Shown in pieces: positions 42,459 through 47,309 of a stretch of 47,309 nt of DNA (the stretch's first letter is position 1; every line of letters starts with the position of its first letter). Under the pieces are notes generated by a model that was not told the origin of the DNA, ran no database searches, and saw nothing but the letters and a program-made list of their open reading frames with translations. Position numbers and translations under genes: made by a program. The DNA is taken from NCBI GenBank assembly GCA_023130895.1, contig JAGMAI010000020.1, forward strand, positions 1 through 47,309. Direction: 5' to 3'. This DNA comes from Thermoplasmata archaeon. Its GTDB lineage: Archaea; Thermoplasmatota; Thermoplasmata; RBG-16-68-12; JAGMCJ01.

Positions 42459-42537
42459 TTACGTCCGACAAAAGGGGAGGGGATTTCTTAAAGCTAACGG
42501 AAGAGGCCCCTCAGAAGCTATATCTAACCAGCTGCCC

Positions 42538-42747
42538 ATGACGCAAATAGTGGATGAGATAGACAATATCGACCAGAGGATAAAGGAGCTGACGTTGAAA
42601 CTGAGAGAGCTGAGGCTTAACCTCCCCGCTCACTCGGTGAAACGGGAAATGCTCATGACGATCGAGGAGACCGAAGAAGAGATCCAGGATTTGAGGGAGA
42701 GGCGAAGAGATCTCAAGCGCGAGAGGGAGGGTTCCGGAAGCAGCTAG
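42538..42747 (+). CDS. Possible small coiled-coil protein (69 aa)
   Basis: MTQIVDEIDNIDQRIKELTLKLRELRL...EEEIQDLRERRRDLKRERE. The ORF-track version (from 42451) would start inside the tRNA gene. Confidence 0.35.
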   Translation: MTQIVDEIDNIDQRIKELTLKLRELRLNLPAHSVKREMLMTIEETEEEIQDLRERRRDLKREREGSGSS

Positions 42748-42757
42748 CCGATGTCAG

Positions 42758-42946
42758 GTGGATATCATGAAGGCCAAGGTAATCGAGGAGCTCTGTTTTG
42801 GCGGATGCGGCTTCTGCGCCAAGGTTTGCCCAAAAGGCGCGATAAGAATCGTCGCGGCCAAGGCCTTTCTTGACTACGAGAAATGCAAGGGGTGCGCGGT
42901 GTGCGCGGAGGAGTGCCCGCGAGGCGCCATTGTCCTCTCCGAATAG
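42758..42946 (+). CDS. 2x[4Fe-4S] ferredoxin-type protein
   Basis: 62 aa with two cluster motifs, CFGGCGFCAKVCP and CKGCAVCAEECP. Confidence 0.8.
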   Translation: MDIMKAKVIEELCFGGCGFCAKVCPKGAIRIVAAKAFLDYEKCKGCAVCAEECPRGAIVLSE

Positions 42947-43033
42947 GCGTTCATCCCCGCTCTCAGATACCTTTATAAGAATGGTAATGCTATCGACGAG
43001 CATCTCGGGATGCACCTTTGAGGAGGTGGGAAA

Positions 43034-43861
43034 TTGGCTGATATATTTGCTGAAATAATAGAGTGGACTTGGAACGGGATGAAGTGGTTGTGGGAGTTCG
43101 TCGTCGTCTTTCTCCTCTTGGCCATAGCCATCATAATCCTTGGATACATCGTGTCCAAGATCGTGAAGTGGCTTGTGGTCAAGATGCTCTACAAGCTGAG
43201 ATTCGACGACTTCTTCAGAGACACAGGACTTGTGGAGACCGTCAGGAGCATAGGATTCCGAGGACTACCGGACATATTGGGTCTGCTGATCTTCTGGTTC
43301 GTGTTCCTTTTCTTCGTTGCCATGACCTTAGAGTACCTTGATATGCCGAATATCGCTGCGTTCGTTACGCTGATAATCGAGTATCTGCCGAAGGTCTTTG
43401 GAGCCGTCCTCATTGCCCTGGGCGGCCTCTGGCTGGGAACTTGGCTGTCACAGAAAGTCGAGATGCCCATGAAGGAGGCCGATGTCCCGCTAACGGCAGA
43501 GACGACCGCGACTCTGATCAGGTGGCTGGTGATCTTCATAGCTATCGTGATGGCGCTCGGGCTGGTCGGAATCGACACGACCCTTCTGATATGGACCTTC
43601 ATCATTCTCATTGGGGCTCTTGGCCTGGGTCTGGCGATTTCCTTTGGAATCGGCGGCAGGGATGTTGCGGCGAACGTCAGCGCCTACTCTTCCGTCTCGA
43701 AGACGCTCAGCATAGGCGACGAGATAATGGCGGGAGAGTACAGCGGGACCGTGCTCCTGGTGGGCAGGTACGCCACCGTGCTGAAGAAGGCTACGGGTGA
43801 GCAGATCACTCTGCCGAACTCGATGCTCGTAAACACGGTGATTACGAAGAAGCCGAAGTAG
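43034..43861 (+). CDS. MscS-like mechanosensitive channel family membrane protein
   Basis: 275 aa with a TTG start after GGAGGTGGG. There are several TM helices. The C-terminal beta domain is IGDEIMAGEYSGTVLLVGRYATVLKKATGEQITLPNSMLVNTVI, typical of MscS-family proteins. Confidence 0.65.
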   Translation: MADIFAEIIEWTWNGMKWLWEFVVVFLLLAIAIIILGYIVSKIVKWLVVKMLYKLRFDDFFRDTGLVETVRSIGFRGLPDILGLLIFWFVFLFFVAMTLEYLDMPNIAAFVTLIIEYLPKVFGAVLIALGGLWLGTWLSQKVEMPMKEADVPLTAETTATLIRWLVIFIAIVMALGLVGIDTTLLIWTFIILIGALGLGLAISFGIGGRDVAANVSAYSSVSKTLSIGDEIMAGEYSGTVLLVGRYATVLKKATGEQITLPNSMLVNTVITKKPK

Positions 43862-43947
43862 CCGCTCCGGACATCTGGGACAAGTCTATCCACCCAGCGT
43901 TGCCCTTCGCAATGACCGCACAGCCTCTTAGCCCAGGCCGAGGATAG

Positions 43948-44646
43948 GTGACCAGCGGATGCGTGAACGGAGGACGTGAGATATTGGCGGCTCGAGGCAG
44001 GACTGCAAGGGTCAATCCCCGGAATCTGAGAGAGAAGTCAGACGAATGGTTGACGAGGATCGAGAAGTTCAATGTCCACAGGTCTCCTGTAGGAGTGGAG
44101 CGTTCCGCGCTCCTCGTCATAGACATGCAGAAGTTCTTCCTGGGCTCGAGGATTGCATCGCTCTTGGACTCCGGAACCGCGATTCTCCCAAATGTGAAGA
44201 GGCTCATAGACCACTACCACGAGAAGGGGAGACCGGTAATCTACACGCGCCACGCTCACAGCCCGGACGGTTCCGATCTGGGCATACTGGGAGAGTGGTG
44301 GGACGAGCACTGTCTGGAGGGGACGGAGGAAGCGGAGATACACGACTCGATCGCTCCCGGGCCCGAGGATTCGGTGATTCTCAAGCATCGATACAGTGCG
44401 TTCTATGGCACGGATCTGGATGACGTCCTGGTGGAACGTCAAGTTGAGGAGGTCGTCATCAGCGGCGTGATGACCAACATATGCTGCGAGTCGACCGCCA
44501 GGGACGCCTTCTTCAGAGACATGTGGGTGAGGTTCGTGGCGGACGCCACCGCAAGCGTAAATGAGGAGATGCACGTGGCGACGCTCCAAAGCCTGGCATA
44601 TGCGTTCGCGGAGGTCTGCCTGACGGAGGATGTTCTCCGCGGGTAG
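43948..44646 (+). CDS. Isochorismatase-family cysteine hydrolase
   Basis: ALLVIDMQKFF (Asp), PVIYTRH, KHRYSAFYGTDLD (Lys) and VVISGVMTNICCESTARDA (nucleophile Cys). The start is uncertain (GTG at 43948). Confidence 0.85.
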   Translation: MTSGCVNGGREILAARGRTARVNPRNLREKSDEWLTRIEKFNVHRSPVGVERSALLVIDMQKFFLGSRIASLLDSGTAILPNVKRLIDHYHEKGRPVIYTRHAHSPDGSDLGILGEWWDEHCLEGTEEAEIHDSIAPGPEDSVILKHRYSAFYGTDLDDVLVERQVEEVVISGVMTNICCESTARDAFFRDMWVRFVADATASVNEEMHVATLQSLAYAFAEVCLTEDVLRG

Positions 44647-44740
44647 GACGACATTGACGGGCTGCTCAGCGCCGACTGACGACAGGAGCGGATGGCGGTA
44701 TGCTTTTATACCTCGAAACATGATTGGACCGGGAGAGAAT

Positions 44741-44971
44741 ATGCCCGTCAAGAGCGTTCTGATAACTCTGGAAGAGCAGAAGAAGTGGAAGAGACGAAGG
44801 GACTTCCTGCAGAACAAGCTGGAGAGTGTCAAAAGAAGGAAGCAAGGTGTCCTGCGGGAACTTGAGCGGGTCAGCAAGCGAATGGCCCGTTTCGACAAGA
44901 GGATGGCTTCGCTCAAGGAAGCGGCGGTTCCGCGGGAGATATCCACCGTGAGAATCGAGTCGATGAGGTGA
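44741..44971 (+). CDS. Small coiled-coil protein
   Basis: The ATG at 44741 follows GGGAGAG. The sequence is MPVKSVLITLEEQKKWKRRRDFLQNKLESVKRRKQGVLRELERVSKRMARFDKRMASLKE. Confidence 0.4.
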   Translation: MPVKSVLITLEEQKKWKRRRDFLQNKLESVKRRKQGVLRELERVSKRMARFDKRMASLKEAAVPREISTVRIESMR

Positions 44972-44974
44972 ACT

Positions 44975-45202
44975 ATGAAGGAGCTCGACGCGCTGCAGGA
45001 GGAATACGAGCGATGGAGGTTCAGGCGGAAGGACCTCGAGGGAAATCTCAGAGAACTGGCACGGGAAGAGAGTGATGTTCTTAGGGAGCTCGCGAGAGTG
45101 GAGGGTCAGATATCGTACTACGACTCCCTGGAGAGCGATATGAAGAAGGAGCTCGAACCGCCCCGGCTCTCAGACCTCCTGAGTTCGTTGAGGAAGAGGT
45201 GA
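44975..45202 (+). CDS. Small coiled-coil protein (75 aa)
   Basis: The sequence is MKELDALQEEYERWRFRRKDLEGNLRELAREESDVLRELARVEGQISYYD. The stop overlaps the GTG start of mtnA. Confidence 0.45.
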   Translation: MKELDALQEEYERWRFRRKDLEGNLRELAREESDVLRELARVEGQISYYDSLESDMKKELEPPRLSDLLSSLRKR

Positions 45203-46209
45203 GCTTCTTGCGGGTCGTTGTCGACGGCAGGGTCCGCGACATCAAGACGGTATGGATGTCGAACGGTGTCGTATGGCTGATCGAGCAGAACCTTCTACCG
45301 TTCGAGGTCCAGTTCTTCAAGGCGGAGACGGTAGAGGACGTTGCCAGGGCGATAGAGACCATGGTTGTGCGGGGCGCTCCGGCCATCGGAGCTACGGCGG
45401 CCTACGGGATCGCTCTTGCGGCCTTGAAGAGAGAACCGCTGGATGAAGCCGCCGAGAGATTGAGGGCCACCCGACCCACGGCCTACGACCTGTTCTATGC
45501 CATTGACCACGTGCTCGAGGAGATTGAGAAGGGGACTCCTCCAGTCAAGGCGGCCGACGACTATGCCGCTCGGATTTCGGACATGTGCAAGAGGATCGGT
45601 GAGAACGGCGATGAAGTGATAAGGAACGGGGATTCCATCCTCACACACTGCAACGCTGGAGCGTTGGCGACAGTTGACCACGGAACCGCCCTCGCGCCCA
45701 TGAGAGAGGCGCACAGGAACGGCAAGAAGATCTTCGTCTATGTCGACGAGACCCGCCCAAGATTGCAGGGAGCGAAGCTGACCGCCTGGGAGCTGTCCAA
45801 CGAGGGCATAAACTATGCGATCATCGTGGACAACGCGGCGGGGCGACTGATGCAGTCGGGAGAGGTGGACGTCGTCATCGTTGGGGCGGACAGAATAGCG
45901 GCGAACGGAGATGTCGCGAACAAGATAGGGACGTACGAGAAGGCCCTTATCGCCAAGGACAACAGTGTACCGTTCTACGTCGCAGCACCCACGAGCACGA
46001 TAGACTTCTCTCTCCCGGAGGGTCAGAGCATCCCCATTGAGGAGAGGAGCGAGAGCGAGGTCCTGTACATCGGTGGGAGGAGCATAGCCCCGAAAGGATC
46101 AAAGGCAAGGAACCCGGCGTTCGACGTCACATCCAAAGATCTGATCACGGGCATAATCACTGAGAGGGGAATATACAAACCGTATGAACTGAGGAACTTG
46201 CAGGGGTAG
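45199..46209 (+). CDS. mtnA: S-methyl-5-thioribose-1-phosphate isomerase (eIF-2B alpha/beta/delta family)
   Basis: LIEQNLLPFE, MVVRGAPAIGATAAYG, RPTAYDLFYAI, THCNAGALATVDHGTAL, VYVDETRPRLQGAKLTAWEL, VIVGADRIAANGDVANKIGTY and PFYVAAPTSTID. Confidence 0.85.
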   Translation: MSFLRVVVDGRVRDIKTVWMSNGVVWLIEQNLLPFEVQFFKAETVEDVARAIETMVVRGAPAIGATAAYGIALAALKREPLDEAAERLRATRPTAYDLFYAIDHVLEEIEKGTPPVKAADDYAARISDMCKRIGENGDEVIRNGDSILTHCNAGALATVDHGTALAPMREAHRNGKKIFVYVDETRPRLQGAKLTAWELSNEGINYAIIVDNAAGRLMQSGEVDVVIVGADRIAANGDVANKIGTYEKALIAKDNSVPFYVAAPTSTIDFSLPEGQSIPIEERSESEVLYIGGRSIAPKGSKARNPAFDVTSKDLITGIITERGIYKPYELRNLQG

Positions 46210-46245
46210 CCAAAGCTCGAAAACCTCTATAACGACGTTGCCGAT

Positions 46246-46746
46246 GTGGGTACAATGACGAAATGTCCCGTGTGCGACTTTGACTTGGAGGACGCATCGG
46301 TCTGTCCGCGTTGCGGGACGGCCATCGCCGGACTTCTCAATCCCACCCCAGCACTTTCTGTGGAAGGCGTTGAGGGGCCGCTCGTCGACCTGCGATGCGA
46401 ACGTTGCGGCGAGGGCGACCTGATGCTAGTCACAGACGAGACGGACATACCGAGATACAGATGCCCGAAGTGCGAGTCATACAGGGGAGAGTTCCTACAT
46501 ACGGGGAGGGAGACCTACTACTCCACGACGGAGCTGCGGGTAGGTCAATTCATCGACACGCGACTCAAGATGACCGGTGACCTCCTCCTCCCCATGGAGG
46601 ATCACATGGCGTATCTCTCCCGAAAGATATCTGAGGCCACGAACATCGACCCAGAGCAGGTCGTGAAGGCGGTCGAGTACCTCAAGGAGCGGGAGATCAT
46701 CATGATAATGCACAAGGGAGACCACTTCGAGGTTGAGTTCAGATGA
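46246..46746 (+). CDS. Zinc-ribbon protein, function unknown
   Basis: CPVCDF...CPRCG and CERCGE...CPKCES pairs are followed by a C-terminal domain of about 80 aa. GTG at 46246 or ATG at 46255 could be the start. Confidence 0.55.
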   Translation: MGTMTKCPVCDFDLEDASVCPRCGTAIAGLLNPTPALSVEGVEGPLVDLRCERCGEGDLMLVTDETDIPRYRCPKCESYRGEFLHTGRETYYSTTELRVGQFIDTRLKMTGDLLLPMEDHMAYLSRKISEATNIDPEQVVKAVEYLKEREIIMIMHKGDHFEVEFR

Positions 46747-46767
46747 GTCCTATTCGGCGGAGGTAAG

Positions 46768-47309
46768 ATGATCCTTGTCACGACCTGGTTTGGATCCTTC
46801 CTGCTTGACGGAGACCGAGTCTCGGAGTACAAGCTGTTCCCGAAGAACGCCCGGGACATCGCAGCGAGGATGCGAAGGGCGAACGATTCCAGGATCATTG
46901 GAGAGGAAAGGGAGCTTGTCAAGGACCTTGACGAGTTCTTCGTCGTGGAGAAGAGGCTGGAGAAGATTGGAGGTACCAACATTAGCGTTGAACCTCCTTT
47001 CATACGCCCCGAGGACTACGACTTCGGCCGTGACCTGCTCCATGAGGCCATGATTCTCGTGGCGAAGGAGAGCATGACCCGGGCCGTGGGCAGGGACGAT
47101 CATGTCTCGCAGGCCGTGAACGCGCTGGACGACATGGAGAAGACCGCCAACATCCTGTACGGCAGACTGAAGGAGTGGTACGGCCTCCATTTCCCTGAGC
47201 TGGAGAAACTCGTCGACGGAGACAGCTATGTGCGCCTGATATCCGAGTTCGGGAGCAAGGACAAGATGGCAGATATGAAGGATGTGGAGTCCATTGGGTT
47301 CGAACTCAC
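46768..47309 (+). CDS. nop5: Nop5/Nop56/58 C/D-box snoRNP protein, 5' partial (runs off the window)
   Basis: This ORF is not in the ORF track. I translated it myself from the ATG at 46768: MILVTTWFGSFLLDGDRVSEYKLFPK...HVSQAVNALDDMEKTANILYGRLKEWYGLHFPELEKLV. The last part is the Nop-domain hallmark. The frame stays open to the window end. Confidence 0.9.
   Translation, partial: MILVTTWFGSFLLDGDRVSEYKLFPKNARDIAARMRRANDSRIIGEERELVKDLDEFFVVEKRLEKIGGTNISVEPPFIRPEDYDFGRDLLHEAMILVAKESMTRAVGRDDHVSQAVNALDDMEKTANILYGRLKEWYGLHFPELEKLVDGDSYVRLISEFGSKDKMADMKDVESIGFEL

Noticed and set aside
44038-44946. 302-aa minus-strand ORF
   Set aside because: It is antisense to the isochorismatase-family gene, which has all its catalytic motifs, and to the small coiled-coil ORF. 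Long antisense ORFs are expected in this GC-rich stretch. It is Arg/Leu/Pro-rich with no motif.
46750-47190. 146-aa minus-strand ORF and 92-aa plus-strand ORF (46775-47053)
   Set aside because: Both overlap the frame that encodes an unmistakable Nop5/Nop56 N-terminus and Nop domain (46768 onward). They are alternative or antisense frames.

Overview
The window looks like an archaeal chromosome segment: it has a Nop5/Nop56 C/D-box snoRNP gene, many GTG/TTG starts and 4-nt gene overlaps. It splits at a minus-strand tRNA-Val(CAC) at 42386-42458.

Right of the tRNA (42.5-47.3 kb) the genes look like housekeeping genes, and spot GC counts are about 58-62 percent. The genes are a 2x[4Fe-4S] ferredoxin, an MscS-like channel, an isochorismatase-family hydrolase, mtnA (eIF-2B family), a zinc-ribbon protein and the 5' part of nop5.

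Left of the tRNA, a tyrosine integrase starts 50 nt from the tRNA 3' end. Behind it lies about 42 kb of lower-GC accessory DNA (spot counts about 43-50 percent). Its left boundary could not be found. This accessory region contains:
- a BcgI-like (endonuclease-methyltransferase plus S subunit) restriction-modification pair, followed by an ABC/AAA_21-type ATPase and a 4-TM protein with a HEPN-like motif;
- a surface protein with about seven 50-aa repeats, a tandem-wHTH regulator, and a decayed gene fragment;
- a Ras-superfamily small GTPase next to a putative Cys-His-Glu protease-like protein whose N-terminal module is duplicated as a 55-aa ORF;
- beta-helix (NosD-like) surface proteins, and a large PIG-L / papain-like / PKD exoprotein in a tight co-directional cluster ending in a stand-alone HEPN protein;
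- a ChaC-GNAT fusion;
- a TPR / coiled-coil protein with a possible C-terminal HEPN domain;
- a Mini-III-like RNase III;
- a 1513-aa sacsin-like GHKL ATPase with a DUF3883-type nuclease C-terminus;
- a four-gene operon with tight junctions (Holliday-junction-resolvase-related nuclease, Fe-S UDG-superfamily glycosylase with an unusual motif A, YunG-like protein, PD-(D/E)xK-like protein).

No rRNA genes, CRISPR arrays or transposases were seen.

The best candidates for an undescribed system are the nuclease/glycosylase operon (38.3-40.5 kb) with the divergently oriented giant GHKL-DUF3883 gene, the ATPase plus membrane-HEPN pair downstream of the RM genes, and the surface-protein/HEPN cluster. 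All functional calls rest on motifs read by eye and need profile or structure searches.
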